Positions 1 through 9,927 of a stretch of DNA of 64,000 nucleotides are shown one piece after another (within the stretch, counting starts at the first letter, position 1; each line of letters starts with the position of its first letter). The notes below the pieces were generated by a model. That model ran no database searches and had not been told where the DNA came from. It saw only the letters and a list, made by a program, of their open reading frames with translations. The DNA is from an uncultured delta proteobacterium (GTDB lineage: Bacteria; Myxococcota_A; Polyangia; Haliangiales; Haliangiaceae): positions 128,001-192,000 of the forward strand of contig CAWKDB010000002.1 of the NCBI GenBank assembly GCA_963848295.1, in the 5' to 3' direction. The position numbers and the translations under genes were made by a program.

Positions 1-815
1 CGGGCGGCGAATCGCTGACGATCGAGACGACCGCGCTCGCGACGCTCGCGCTGATCAAGGCGAGCCCCGCGAACGAATTCGAACCGAACATCCGCGGCGC
101 GGTCGACTGGGTCAACGCTCGGCGCGGCAGCTACGGGCAATGGGGCAACACCCAGGCGACGATCCTCGGACTGAAGGCGCTGACCGCGTACGCCGATCAC
201 GCGCGCCAGATGCAAGCCGGCGGCTCGGCGACGTTGATCGTCAATGGCCACGAGGCCGGCACGATCGCGTTCGACAAGGGCCGCAAGGACGCGCTCGTGT
301 GGAACGACCTCGCCGGGGCGCTGCACACCGGCAAGAACACGATCGAGCTGCGGCTCGAAGGTGGCGCGACGCTGCCGTACACCGTCTCGATCGATTACCG
401 CTCGGCGCGGCCGCAATCGAGCGCCAAGGCGAAGGTCTCGGTCGCGACGACGCTCGACAAGGACCACGTCAAGATGGGCGAAGGCGTCAAGCTGCGCGCT
501 CACATCGAGAACCGCACCGCCGACGGCATCCCGATGACGCTCGCGCGGGTCGGCCTGCCCGGCGGCCTGGTCACGCAGACCTGGCAGCTCAAGGAGCTCA
601 AGGACAAGGGCCTGATCGACTTCTACGAGACCCGCCCGCGCGAGGTCATCCTGTACTGGCGCGGCATGGCGCCGACCGCGAAGAAGGACATCGATCTCGA
701 TCTACTCGCGGCGGTGCCCGGCGACTACGAAGCTCCCGCGAGCTCGGCGTACCTCTATTACACGGCCGAGGACAAGGCGTGGGCGCCGCCGCTCAAGGTC
801 TCGGTCGCGAAGTGA
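1..815 (+). CDS. Alpha-2-macroglobulin family protein, C-terminal part (5' truncated by the window)
   Basis: Motifs IETTALATLAL...YGQWGNTQAT and a receptor-binding-like end (VGLPGGL...FYETRPREVILYW...PGDYEAPASSAYLYY). Confidence 0.75.
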   Translation, partial: GGESLTIETTALATLALIKASPANEFEPNIRGAVDWVNARRGSYGQWGNTQATILGLKALTAYADHARQMQAGGSATLIVNGHEAGTIAFDKGRKDALVWNDLAGALHTGKNTIELRLEGGATLPYTVSIDYRSARPQSSAKAKVSVATTLDKDHVKMGEGVKLRAHIENRTADGIPMTLARVGLPGGLVTQTWQLKELKDKGLIDFYETRPREVILYWRGMAPTAKKDIDLDLLAAVPGDYEAPASSAYLYYTAEDKAWAPPLKVSVAK

Positions 816-2610
816 CCGGCTCATCCCGGCGGGCGAGCACGCGGTAGGTGTTGGTGTGCCGCCGCGAGCGCAGGAACGGCTTGGCCGCATGGTCGGTGAG
901 GATGCCGAGCGCGATCAGCGGCGAGCCCAGCGTCCACACGACCGTGTGCCACAGCGAGCCACCGCCGCCGCGCCAGCGCCAGGGCTGATACGCGGGCGGC
1001 GCGATCCGATCGAGCAGCAGCCAGGCGGCAAAGAAGAAGTCGACGACCTGATGCGCTTCGCGGTAGTGCCAGACCAGCGGCGTGAAGCCGGCGTCGCGCA
1101 GCAGCTCGCCGAGCCGGTCGGCCGGGATCAGGTGCTGGTGCTGAGGCTGAAACCACGGCAGCCACCACTTGCCGAGCACGCGGCCGAGCCGGTACTCGGG
1201 GTCCGGAACTTCGATCATCAGGTGGCCGCCCGGTGACAACGCGGTGTGCGCGGCGGCGAGCTCGGCTTTCGGATCGCGGACGTGCTCGAGATAGTGGCTC
1301 ATGCTGATCGCGTCGTACGCACCCGCGATCGTCGGCGCGACGTCGGGGAACATGCCGCGATACGCCTTGTCGACCCAGCCGCGCGCCGCGGCTTCGGTGA
1401 TCGCATCGCCGAAGTCCAGGCCGTCGAATTGCGTCGCGGGCAGGTGCTCGCGCGCCGCGGCGCAGAAGTGGCCGTGGCCGCCGCCGACGTCGAGCCAGCG
1501 CGCTGGAGTCGCCACCGCTCTCATCATCAGCGCGCGGTTGTGATACGGCTCGGCGCCGTAGCCGAAGATCATCTCCATGCCGGCTTCGCCGAGGCCGTCG
1601 TAGAAGTCTTTGTAGTAGAAGTCGAGGCCCTCGATCGTCAGCCGCGGGTTCTGGAACACGACGCCGCAGCTCGCGCAACGGTCGAGCGTGAACGCCCCGG
1701 GCTTGTGCTGGAACAGATCCGGCGAGCGCAGATGGACCGCGAGCTCGGTCGAGCCGCACAACGGACAGTCGGCGCGGCGGGGCTCGAGCAAGCGGGACGG
1801 ATCGCCGGCGAGCAACGCGTCGTACGCGGGACGTTGCGCGCGCGCGGCGACGTGCGAGCGCCCCGACGCGAGCGTGCGGACGAGCAGCCATAGCTCGATC
1901 GGGAAGCGAAACACGGTCGCGACCGCGAGGTCGCGCGGTCGCAAGCCCGAGCCGGCGAGCGCCCCCGGCGCCTGCAGGTGCCAGGCCGCGAGCGCGATCC
2001 AACCGGCGATCGGCGCGAACGTCATGCCGAGCCCGATCAGCGCCCAGAAGATCGGTTGCGCGGCGAGCGCGGCTCCGGTCGCGGGCCCGAGCACGACGCG
2101 CAGCGTATCGAGTCGTCGCGAGCCGTCGAGGGTCCGCGCGTGCTCGGCCGGCGCGATCGCGAGATCGGCGCGTGCGGTGAAGTACTTGAGCCGTGCCGCG
2201 AGCTGGGCGAACGCGGGGTCGTCCGCAGGCGTCGCGTCACCGAGACCCGCGCGCTCCGCGATCGCGCGCGTGACGAGCTGGGCGTGGCCGGCGGTGCGCC
2301 CGGGCGTCGTGCGATCGCGGCGGTAGCGTTCGAGATCGAGGATCTGCGCGAGGCTGAGCGCTCGGATCGTCGGCAGGTCGCGCGGGATCAGATCGAGCTG
2401 CTCGAAGCCATGTTCGCGCGCGTAGGCCGTCGCGCCGCGGCGGGTCGCCTCGTCGAGCGTGACGCCCGGCGCGGTGACGAACACGTAGCCCGCATCCGCC
2501 GGAGCGTCGGTCTCGGGCAACGTGCCGATCGATCGCAGGCGACCGCGCATGCGCAGCGTGTCGAGCGCGATCAGCGCGGCGAGCAGCGCCATCACGATCG
2601 TCCAGATCAT
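793..2610 (-). CDS. Membrane-anchored class I SAM methyltransferase with an N-terminal unknown/TM region and a Cx2C...Cx2C Zn site
   Basis: True start MIWTIVMALL overlaps the upstream stop (ATGA); CPLC...CASC, WLDVGGGHG, SMSHYLEHVRDP, IEVP motifs. Confidence 0.8.
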   Translation of the reverse strand: MIWTIVMALLAALIALDTLRMRGRLRSIGTLPETDAPADAGYVFVTAPGVTLDEATRRGATAYAREHGFEQLDLIPRDLPTIRALSLAQILDLERYRRDRTTPGRTAGHAQLVTRAIAERAGLGDATPADDPAFAQLAARLKYFTARADLAIAPAEHARTLDGSRRLDTLRVVLGPATGAALAAQPIFWALIGLGMTFAPIAGWIALAAWHLQAPGALAGSGLRPRDLAVATVFRFPIELWLLVRTLASGRSHVAARAQRPAYDALLAGDPSRLLEPRRADCPLCGSTELAVHLRSPDLFQHKPGAFTLDRCASCGVVFQNPRLTIEGLDFYYKDFYDGLGEAGMEMIFGYGAEPYHNRALMMRAVATPARWLDVGGGHGHFCAAAREHLPATQFDGLDFGDAITEAAARGWVDKAYRGMFPDVAPTIAGAYDAISMSHYLEHVRDPKAELAAAHTALSPGGHLMIEVPDPEYRLGRVLGKWWLPWFQPQHQHLIPADRLGELLRDAGFTPLVWHYREAHQVVDFFFAAWLLLDRIAPPAYQPWRWRGGGGSLWHTVVWTLGSPLIALGILTDHAAKPFLRSRRHTNTYRVLARRDEPVTSRPRP

Positions 2611-3764
2611 GCGAGCGCCTCGAGGAGCTCGGCCGCTCGCGGTGCCCCGCCGGCGGCGGCGAAGCTCCCGCGCACGACGCCCGCGGCGGCGCGATAACTC
2701 GGTTCGGCGAGCACGCGATCGATCGCGGCACCGAGCTCGCCCGCGTCGACCCGGCCGAACTTGACACGGATGCCCGCGCCGGCCGCGACGACCTGGTCCG
2801 CGACGATCGGCTGATCGTCCTTGATCGGCGCGATCACGAGCGGCAGGCCATGCGCGAGCGCTTCGCACACCGTGTTGTGGCCGCCATGACAGACGACCGC
2901 GTCGAGCTGCGGCAACAGCTGGAGCTGCGGCACGTAGCGCTGGACGAGCACGTTGCGCGGGGGATCGCTCGCGAGCTCCGGCGGGGCCGCGACGATCGCG
3001 CGCAGCTGTGGCCGATCGCGCAGCGCCGCGAGCGCGACTTGATAGAACCGACCGGCTGCTTCCGCGTTCACCGTGCCCATCGACACCAACACGCGCGGGC
3101 GGTCGCCGAGCTGATCCCACGGAAACGGCGTCGGCTCGGGGCGGTCGCTGATCGACGGTCCGACGAACCGGTAGTGCGCCGGGAACTGCGCGAGCGGCCC
3201 GACGAGCGCCTCGGTCGTGAAAGCGATCACGAGCTGCGGCGACAGCTCGCCGGTTTCGGACGCCGGCAGGTGCGCTTCGCGCTCGAGCCCGCCGATCAGC
3301 TCGCGCAGCCAGCGCTTGACCTCGGGCAGCCCGCCGAGCGGATCGGTGACCCCGGCCGAGGTGGTCGCGAGCGTGGCCCACGGCAGTCCCCGCGCGCGCG
3401 CAACGAGCCCGCCGGCGAGCGCTTGCTGATCGACCGCGAGCACGTCGGGCCGATAGCCGGCGACCGCGGCGTCGAGCGCCGGTCGCATCGAGCGCGCGAG
3501 CGGCACGAGAAAGTCCTCCCATAGAAACTTCAGCGCTGCCGCGCCGCGCACGGCCTTCGCGCGCGCCGCGACGTCGGCGGCTTCGCGGTCCGACACGTCC
3601 TCCGGCATCGCGAGGATCGTGGCGCCCGCGGGCAGCAGCTTGGCGACCGTGCCGGGATGCGCGGCCCACGCGACCTCGTGGCCGCGCGCTTGCAACGCGC
3701 GTGCGACCGACACCGTCGGGTTCGTGTGACCGGTCAACGGCGGCACGACGAACAAGAACCTCAT
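2607..3764 (-). CDS. GT1 family (MGT/UDP-glycosyltransferase-like) glycosyltransferase
   Basis: MRFLFVVPPLTGHTNP start; VSMGT, YVPQLQLL, CHGGHNTVCEAL, DQP motifs. Confidence 0.9.
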   Translation of the reverse strand: MRFLFVVPPLTGHTNPTVSVARALQARGHEVAWAAHPGTVAKLLPAGATILAMPEDVSDREAADVAARAKAVRGAAALKFLWEDFLVPLARSMRPALDAAVAGYRPDVLAVDQQALAGGLVARARGLPWATLATTSAGVTDPLGGLPEVKRWLRELIGGLEREAHLPASETGELSPQLVIAFTTEALVGPLAQFPAHYRFVGPSISDRPEPTPFPWDQLGDRPRVLVSMGTVNAEAAGRFYQVALAALRDRPQLRAIVAAPPELASDPPRNVLVQRYVPQLQLLPQLDAVVCHGGHNTVCEALAHGLPLVIAPIKDDQPIVADQVVAAGAGIRVKFGRVDAGELGAAIDRVLAEPSYRAAAGVVRGSFAAAGGAPRAAELLEALA

Positions 3765-4621
3765 GCGCCACCACCTGCGAAGCTGACGATCCGATCGCGC
3801 ACGAGCGCGGTCGCCTCCCACAACACCGAATGCGTCGCGCCCGGCACGATCACGAGCTCGCAGCGCGGCAACGTGCGCGCGAGTTGTTCGCCGCGCTCGC
3901 GCACGTCCGACCGTTCGCCGTACAGCGCGAGCACCGGGCAAGCGATCCGCGCGAGCTCGTCATGGGCGACCGGTGGCGAGCGACGAAGATCGGCGACCAG
4001 CGTCGTGCCGTTGACGAGCGCCTCGGCCGCGGTCGCGAGTCGCGTCCGCTTGCGCTCGCTGTGCCGGCCGAGCCACGCCTGGAACGACTCGGCGATCTTC
4101 GCGTCGCGCGCATCGCCCTGCAGCGCGAGCGTCGCCGCCATCTGCGCGGCCCAGCCCGCCGTGCCGTCGTGCGCGTCGATCAGCGCGAGGCTCGCGACCT
4201 TGCCCGGCTGGGCCGCCGCGAGCGCGAGTGCGACCACGCCGCCGAAGCTATTGCCGACGAGGTGCACCGGGCCACCCGCGGCGAGCTCGTCGATCAGCGC
4301 GGCGAGATCCGCGACGAAGTCGCCGACCGTATAGCCCGTGGCCGGGCGCTCGGACATGCCGTGACCGCGCAGATCGTAGAGCATGACCTCGGCGCGCGTC
4401 GCGAGCGGGTTTGCGAGCGTGAAGTAGAAGCTCGACAGGTTGTCCATCACGAGGCCGTGGACGAACACGACCCGAGGACGATCGATCGCTCGGCGGTCCG
4501 CTGCGAAGCGAGGATCGCCGACACCCCAGTCCGAGGGTCCCCCGCGAAGCGGGGTCGCCACCGACCCGCCGCCGAGCCGCTGCACGTGATGGCGGACGCC
4601 GTTCGCGATCACGTCAGCCAA
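3761..4621 (-). CDS. Alpha/beta hydrolase (thioesterase-like) carrying an in-frame palindromic insertion
   Basis: HGL, YDLRGHG, GNSFGG nucleophile elbow, C-terminal His; TTG start overlaps the upstream gene. Confidence 0.85.
   Translation of the reverse strand: MADVIANGVRHHVQRLGGGSVATPLRGGPSDWGVGDPRFAADRRAIDRPRVVFVHGLVMDNLSSFYFTLANPLATRAEVMLYDLRGHGMSERPATGYTVGDFVADLAALIDELAAGGPVHLVGNSFGGVVALALAAAQPGKVASLALIDAHDGTAGWAAQMAATLALQGDARDAKIAESFQAWLGRHSERKRTRLATAAEALVNGTTLVADLRRSPPVAHDELARIACPVLALYGERSDVRERGEQLARTLPRCELVIVPGATHSVLWEATALVRDRIVSFAGGGA
4481..4554 (+). repeat. Dispersed three-hairpin palindromic element, family A, copy 1 (in frame in the hydrolase)
   Basis: gatcgc-tcggcggtcc-gctgcgaagcga-ggatcgccga-cacc...agggt-ccccgcgaagcgggg aligns with the 34449 unit. 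Confidence 0.8.
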
Positions 4622-5369
4622 GGTGCGCCTCGATCTCGCGCGCGAGCTCGGCGCGCGCGTCGAGGTGCAAGTAGTGGCCGCCCGGGAGGATCCGCAAGAT
4701 CGAGCCGGTCACCGCACGCGCGAGCCGCTCGCCCGCGGGCTTGCAGCTCGACCGATCGCCGTACGCCGCGAGCAACGGCGGCGCGAGCGTCGCGAGCTCG
4801 GCGTCGCCGAGATCGGGCTCGCCGCGAACATCGGCGAGCAAGCTCGAGTGCAGCGCGAGGAACTCGATGGATGCGACGAGCCGGGTCGCGGGCCGCCGAC
4901 CGCCGGCGACTGCTTCGCGCAGCGGTTGTGGCAACGCGGCGATCAGCTTCTGCGGATCGGTGGTGTCGAGAAACGAGGCCATCTCGAGTGCGCTCGAGGG
5001 CGGCAGCGGCGCCTCGACGACGACGATCCGGCGCACGCGGTCCGGATGATCGAGCGCGAATCGCAGCGCGACGAGCCCGCCCCAGCTGTGGCCGACGAGA
5101 TCGAACGGCGGAAGATCCGCGGTCAGCGCCTCGAGATCGCGCGCGAGCGTGCGGACGTCGTACCCGGTGGCGGCGCGTTCGCTGCGACCGTGGCCGCGCA
5201 GGTCGTAGACCCGAACGCGGCGGCGCGCCGCCAGCACGGGCGCGGCGGTGAAGTACCAGGATGCGAGGCTGCCGATCACGAGGCCATGGACCATGACGAT
5301 CGGCGTGGCGGTCGCGTCGCCCAACTCTTGGACGTGGAACGACAGCCCGTTCGCCGCTACGAGCGGCAT
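4614..5369 (-). CDS. Alpha/beta hydrolase (thioesterase-like)
   Basis: MPLVAANG start; HGL, YDLRGHG, GHSWGG, GGHY motifs. Confidence 0.85.
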   Translation of the reverse strand: MPLVAANGLSFHVQELGDATATPIVMVHGLVIGSLASWYFTAAPVLAARRRVRVYDLRGHGRSERAATGYDVRTLARDLEALTADLPPFDLVGHSWGGLVALRFALDHPDRVRRIVVVEAPLPPSSALEMASFLDTTDPQKLIAALPQPLREAVAGGRRPATRLVASIEFLALHSSLLADVRGEPDLGDAELATLAPPLLAAYGDRSSCKPAGERLARAVTGSILRILPGGHYLHLDARAELAREIEAHLG

Positions 5370-5650
5370 GATGCGATGAACTCCACGAGCTCGCCGACGG
5401 TCAACGCGATGATCTGATCGAGCTCCTTGCCCGAGATCCAAGCGACGAAGTCGACGCCGCCGCCGTAGTGCTGCTGGAGCTTTTCGGCGAGCGCGACGAA
5501 CTCGATGCTCTCGAGCTCGAGATCGGCGTTGAACGATGTCGTCATCGCGATCGGGCCGTCGAGCAGCAGCTCGTCGCCGACGATCTCGGTGACCAGCTGC
5601 TCGACCACGCGGAGGATCTCACCGCGATCGGCTGTGGGTGCGGCGGTCAC
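5357..5650 (-). CDS. Stand-alone acyl carrier protein
   Basis: 97 aa acidic protein with ADLELESIEFVAL (Ppant Ser) and TVGELVEFI; GTG start overlaps the PKS stop. Confidence 0.85.
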   Translation of the reverse strand: MTAAPTADRGEILRVVEQLVTEIVGDELLLDGPIAMTTSFNADLELESIEFVALAEKLQQHYGGGVDFVAWISGKELDQIIALTVGELVEFIASCRS

Positions 5651-8600
5651 GACGGGGTGCGCTCCAACGTGGTCCACGCGACGATATAGGGTCCTTCGCG
5701 CCGAGTGTCGATCGTGGCGTCGTCGATCGTCAGGCGATCGCCGTGCGCGGCGCGGACCTCGAGCTTGCGCGGATCGGTGACGCCGGTGCCGCGCGCTTTG
5801 CCGAGCGCCTCTTTCGCCGTCCACAACCGGGCGAGCCACTCGTCGCGCGGCCGGCCGGCACCCAGCGCGAGCTCGGCGGCGGTGAACGCGACGGCGACAA
5901 ACGAGGGCTCGCGCGACGCGATCTTTTCGATGTCGACTCCGACCGCGTGACGATCGTCGACGAGCGCGACCGCGACATCGTCTTTGTGCGCGACCGAGAC
6001 CTGGGGGGCGACCGCGCCGGTCGCGAGCGTGACGTGCGGGCGCCCGCCATCGTCGTTGCCGATCGCGACCTCGACCGGGAACATCTCGGCGCCGCCGCGG
6101 TGCCACAGGCGACGGCGCACCGCATCCTTGATCGCGATCCGCCCGAGCAGCCAACCGCGCCGGCGCGGCGCGGGCATCGCATCGTGCTCGGTGCGCTCGC
6201 GCTCGGTCAGGTAGCGCCGCATCATCAGCTCGCGCGATGCCGCCGCGTGCCAGTGCTCGGTGACGAGCGCGTACGGCTCGGCGGTCGCGAGCACGTTGCG
6301 CTCGGGGTACATCAGCACCGCCCACACGGCATCGTCGCTGTCGAACCGGCGATCTTCCCAGCCCGTGATCCGCGCCCACACGCGGCCGGCGTGCGTCAGC
6401 TCGAGATCGGCGCGGACCTCGCGCTCGCGCACGTCGCGAATCCGCACGCTGCACGCGACGCGCTCGCCGGCGGCGGGCTCCGGCCCGAACAGCTCGACGC
6501 GCTCGAGCCGGACCGGCATCGCGAGCCGATCGCGGGCCTCGGTCTGCATCACCCACCAGCCCATCAGCTGGCCGGCGCAATCGAGCAGCGCGCCGTGCGC
6601 CGGCAGCACCTCGATCACGCCGTCGACGCCGCGCTCGCTGCCGTTCGGACCGTCGGCCATCTGACCGAGCTCGGCGACGCCTTGATAAGCCGGGCCGTGG
6701 AACATCCAGCGATCGGCGTACATCCGCGCGGCGGTCATCGGCGCGGTCCGGGGTTCGGACAACGGCGCGAGTGCCGGCGCCGGTGCCGCGGGGAACGCAG
6801 CAGCGAGTCGGACCGTCGCGCGCGAATAGCCGGGAATCTCGACCTCGACCCGGTCGTCCGCGGTCCGGACACAACGCAGCTCGATCTCGACGGGCGGCGC
6901 GACCGCGAGCCAGCGATAGGCGCGGATGTCTTCGAGCGCGATGGCGACGCGATCCGGCGCGAGCGTGCGCGCGGCGTCGATCATCATCCCGATCGTCATC
7001 GTCATCGGCACGACCGGGTAGCGATCGGCGACGATCGGCCAGCCGGCCGGCTGGCGGTAGAAGCAGTGATCGAGCAGCGCGGGGTCGCTGTCCGCAGACA
7101 GCGACCGGCGGATCACGGCCTGACGCGGCGCCGCCGCCTCGTCGCGCTTGCGCCACGCCTCGACGATCGCGCGACTCGCGTCGGCCGCTGCGCGCAACGT
7201 CGCGAGCAGCTCGGCCGCGATCGGATCGGCCGAGAGCCCGGCCGGCGGCGCGAACGCGGTATTGATCGCTGGCATCGAGCCTCCGAGCTTGACGAGCGGC
7301 ACGCCGAGCGCGAGCGGCTGAGGCACGCGTGATGCCGAGACTCGTGCAGCGGGCTCGCCTGCGAGCTCCCAGCCGACGTCGAAGCCTTCCGCCCACAGCG
7401 CGGCGCCGACGCGCGCGAGCTGGCCGACGCCACCGTCCGCGTCCTTGTCGCTCGCTGCGGCGATCGCGAGATGGTCCTTGCCGCGCAGCGTGTCGCCGAC
7501 GAACCCCGCGAGGCTGCCGACGCCGAGCTGGACGAACGCGCGCACGCCACTGGCGTAGAGGTTGTCGACCAGCTCGCGAAACCGGACCGGTGCGACGAGG
7601 TGCTCGATCGCGAGCGCGCGGATCGCGACGGGGTCGTCCGGATACGGCGCGCACGTCGTCGCCGACCACAGCGGCAGCGCGCCGCGGACGAGCTCGAGCC
7701 CCGCGAGGTGACGGCGATGCGGCGCGAGATAGTCCGCGAATAGCGGCGAGTGGAAGCCCGACCGAAACGGCAGCTCCTGACACAGCACGCCGCGCGCACC
7801 GAGCCGTTCGATCGCGGTGCGCACGCGATCGCGCTTACCGCAGATGATCGCCTGATGCGGGCAGTTGTCGTGCGACACCGCGATCGCGTCGAGTCCGTCG
7901 AGCGCCTGCTCCGCGCCATTCGCACTGCAACCGACCGCGGCGAACACGACGTCGGGCACCTCGAGGCTGCCGGCGCCCAGCCCCGCGACGAACGCATCGA
8001 GCGCGCGCGGTGGGATCACGCCGGCGAGCGCCATGCCGGTCCACTCGCCGATGCTGTGCCCGGCGATCGCGTCGGCACGGACCCGCAGGCGATCGAGCGC
8101 CGCCGCGAGATAGCGACCGAGCGCGAACACCCCGAAGCCTCGGCGCTCGAGCTCGGCCGGCGTCGCGCCCTGCCCGGCTCGCGCGGCCTCGATCGTCGGT
8201 GGCAGCGGGACGCCGAGCGCGCGCGGCAGCTCGGCGATGGCCGGCGCGAACGCCGCCTCGACGCCGGGCGCGAGCAGGGCGATCTTGCCACCGTCGAGCG
8301 CGAACCCGCGCGGGGCGAAGAAGATGTCGTGATTGCCGCGCCACGGCTTGCCGCGATCGAGCACCTTGCCGGCCTGAGCGCGGCGCGCCGGCGTCGGATC
8401 GACGATCGCGAGCCGCAGCCTGCCGCGGCCGATCGCGGTCGGTCGTGGCCGATCGGTCGCGAGCCGAGCGCGCAGCTCGTCGATCGAATCGGCGGCGAGC
8501 GCGAGCACCTCCACGTGCCGATGGTCGGCGACCGCGACCGACACGCCCCCGCGCGGACGCGAGCCGGCGTGCTGCTCGAGCACGACGTGCGCGTTGATCC

Positions 8601-9927
8601 CGCCGAACCCGAACGCGCTGACCCCGGCGCGCCGGTCGTCGCCGCGCCACGGCTCGGCCGCGCCGATCACGCGAAACCGCGTGCGCTCGAGCTCGGGATG
8701 AGGATCGTCGCAGTGCAAGCTCGGCGGCAGCACGCCGTGATGGATCGCGAGCGCGGTCTTGATCAGGCCAGCCGCGCCTGCGGCGGGCATCGCGTGACCG
8801 ATCATCGACTTGACCGAGCCGACGACCGCGCGCGGACCGGCGCCGGCTGGCCCGAACTGTCGGCCGAGCGCGCGGAGCTCGACCTCGTCGCCGGTTGGGG
8901 TCGCGGTGCCGTGCGCTTCGACCAGACCGACCGTCGCCGGATCGCGTTCCGCGGCGCGCCACGCCTGGCCGAGCGCCGCGAGCTGACCATCGAGCCGCGG
9001 CCGCATCGGGCTCGCGCCAGAACCGTCGCTCGACACACCGGCGCCGCGCAGCACCGCATAGATCCGATCGCCGTCGCGCTCCGCATCGGCGAGCCGCTTC
9101 AACACGACGATGCCCGCGCCCTCGCCGATCAAGATGCCGTCGGCGCTGCGATCGAATGGCCGGATCCGCTGGGCGCGGCTGAGCGCGCCGAGCTGCGTGA
9201 ACACGCTCCAGAACGTGACGTCGTGACAGACGTGGACGCCGCCGGCGACGATCAGATCGCAGCGCCCGGACGCGAGCTCGCGCATCCCGTGATCGACCGC
9301 GATCAGCGAGCTCGCACACGCCGCATCGACGGTGTACGCCGGGCCGCGCAGATCGAGGCGGCTCGCGATCCGCGACGCCGCGAGGTTCGGCACCAAGCCG
9401 ATCGCGGTCTCGGGTCCGGCCTCGCCGGCGCGCGCTGCGAACGCCGTGCGGATCTTGTCGAGCGTCGCCGCGTCGAGATCGGGCACGAGCTCGGCGAGCG
9501 TCGTGACGAGCTGCTGCGCGGTGCCGATCCGCTGGGTCAGCCGCGCGATGCCCGGCGTGACGTAGCCGCCTCGGCCGAGGATTACCGCGGTGCGATCGCG
9601 CGGGACCGCGCACCCGGCGTCGTCGAGCGCCTTCGCGGCGACCGAGAGCGCGAGCAGCTGATCGGGCTCGGCGCCGGCGGCGGCGACGGGCATGATGCCG
9701 AACGCGATCGGATCGAACACCGGTTCGATGAACCCGCCGCGCCGACAATAGAACCGGTCCGCGCTCCCGGCCGGCGCGTTGTCCGCGAAGAACACCGGAT
9801 CGACGCGCGCGGCCGGAGCTTCGCGGATCGCGTCGACGCCGCCGGCGATGTTGCGCCAGTACGCGTCGAGATCGGGTGCGCCCGGAAACACCGCGGCCAT
9901 GCCGACGATCGCGACCGCGTCGGCCAC
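5647..9927 (-). CDS. Iterative type I PKS subunit, KS-AT-DH-PPTase
   Basis: KS VDAACASS/EAHGTAT/KSMIGH; AT GHSIGE/GFHS; DH LLDHC...VVP; Sfp-type VSVAH..VGVDIE..WTAKEA; GTG start overlaps the upstream TAG. Confidence 0.9.
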   Translation of the reverse strand: MADAVAIVGMAAVFPGAPDLDAYWRNIAGGVDAIREAPAARVDPVFFADNAPAGSADRFYCRRGGFIEPVFDPIAFGIMPVAAAGAEPDQLLALSVAAKALDDAGCAVPRDRTAVILGRGGYVTPGIARLTQRIGTAQQLVTTLAELVPDLDAATLDKIRTAFAARAGEAGPETAIGLVPNLAASRIASRLDLRGPAYTVDAACASSLIAVDHGMRELASGRCDLIVAGGVHVCHDVTFWSVFTQLGALSRAQRIRPFDRSADGILIGEGAGIVVLKRLADAERDGDRIYAVLRGAGVSSDGSGASPMRPRLDGQLAALGQAWRAAERDPATVGLVEAHGTATPTGDEVELRALGRQFGPAGAGPRAVVGSVKSMIGHAMPAAGAAGLIKTALAIHHGVLPPSLHCDDPHPELERTRFRVIGAAEPWRGDDRRAGVSAFGFGGINAHVVLEQHAGSRPRGGVSVAVADHRHVEVLALAADSIDELRARLATDRPRPTAIGRGRLRLAIVDPTPARRAQAGKVLDRGKPWRGNHDIFFAPRGFALDGGKIALLAPGVEAAFAPAIAELPRALGVPLPPTIEAARAGQGATPAELERRGFGVFALGRYLAAALDRLRVRADAIAGHSIGEWTGMALAGVIPPRALDAFVAGLGAGSLEVPDVVFAAVGCSANGAEQALDGLDAIAVSHDNCPHQAIICGKRDRVRTAIERLGARGVLCQELPFRSGFHSPLFADYLAPHRRHLAGLELVRGALPLWSATTCAPYPDDPVAIRALAIEHLVAPVRFRELVDNLYASGVRAFVQLGVGSLAGFVGDTLRGKDHLAIAAASDKDADGGVGQLARVGAALWAEGFDVGWELAGEPAARVSASRVPQPLALGVPLVKLGGSMPAINTAFAPPAGLSADPIAAELLATLRAAADASRAIVEAWRKRDEAAAPRQAVIRRSLSADSDPALLDHCFYRQPAGWPIVADRYPVVPMTMTIGMMIDAARTLAPDRVAIALEDIRAYRWLAVAPPVEIELRCVRTADDRVEVEIPGYSRATVRLAAAFPAAPAPALAPLSEPRTAPMTAARMYADRWMFHGPAYQGVAELGQMADGPNGSERGVDGVIEVLPAHGALLDCAGQLMGWWVMQTEARDRLAMPVRLERVELFGPEPAAGERVACSVRIRDVREREVRADLELTHAGRVWARITGWEDRRFDSDDAVWAVLMYPERNVLATAEPYALVTEHWHAAASRELMMRRYLTERERTEHDAMPAPRRRGWLLGRIAIKDAVRRRLWHRGGAEMFPVEVAIGNDDGGRPHVTLATGAVAPQVSVAHKDDVAVALVDDRHAVGVDIEKIASREPSFVAVAFTAAELALGAGRPRDEWLARLWTAKEALGKARGTGVTDPRKLEVRAAHGDRLTIDDATIDTRREGPYIVAWTTLERTPS

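Noticed and set aside
793..3774. 993-aa methyltransferase as given in the ORF track
   Set aside because: The N-terminal part is an off-frame overlap with the glycosyltransferase; the real start is 2610
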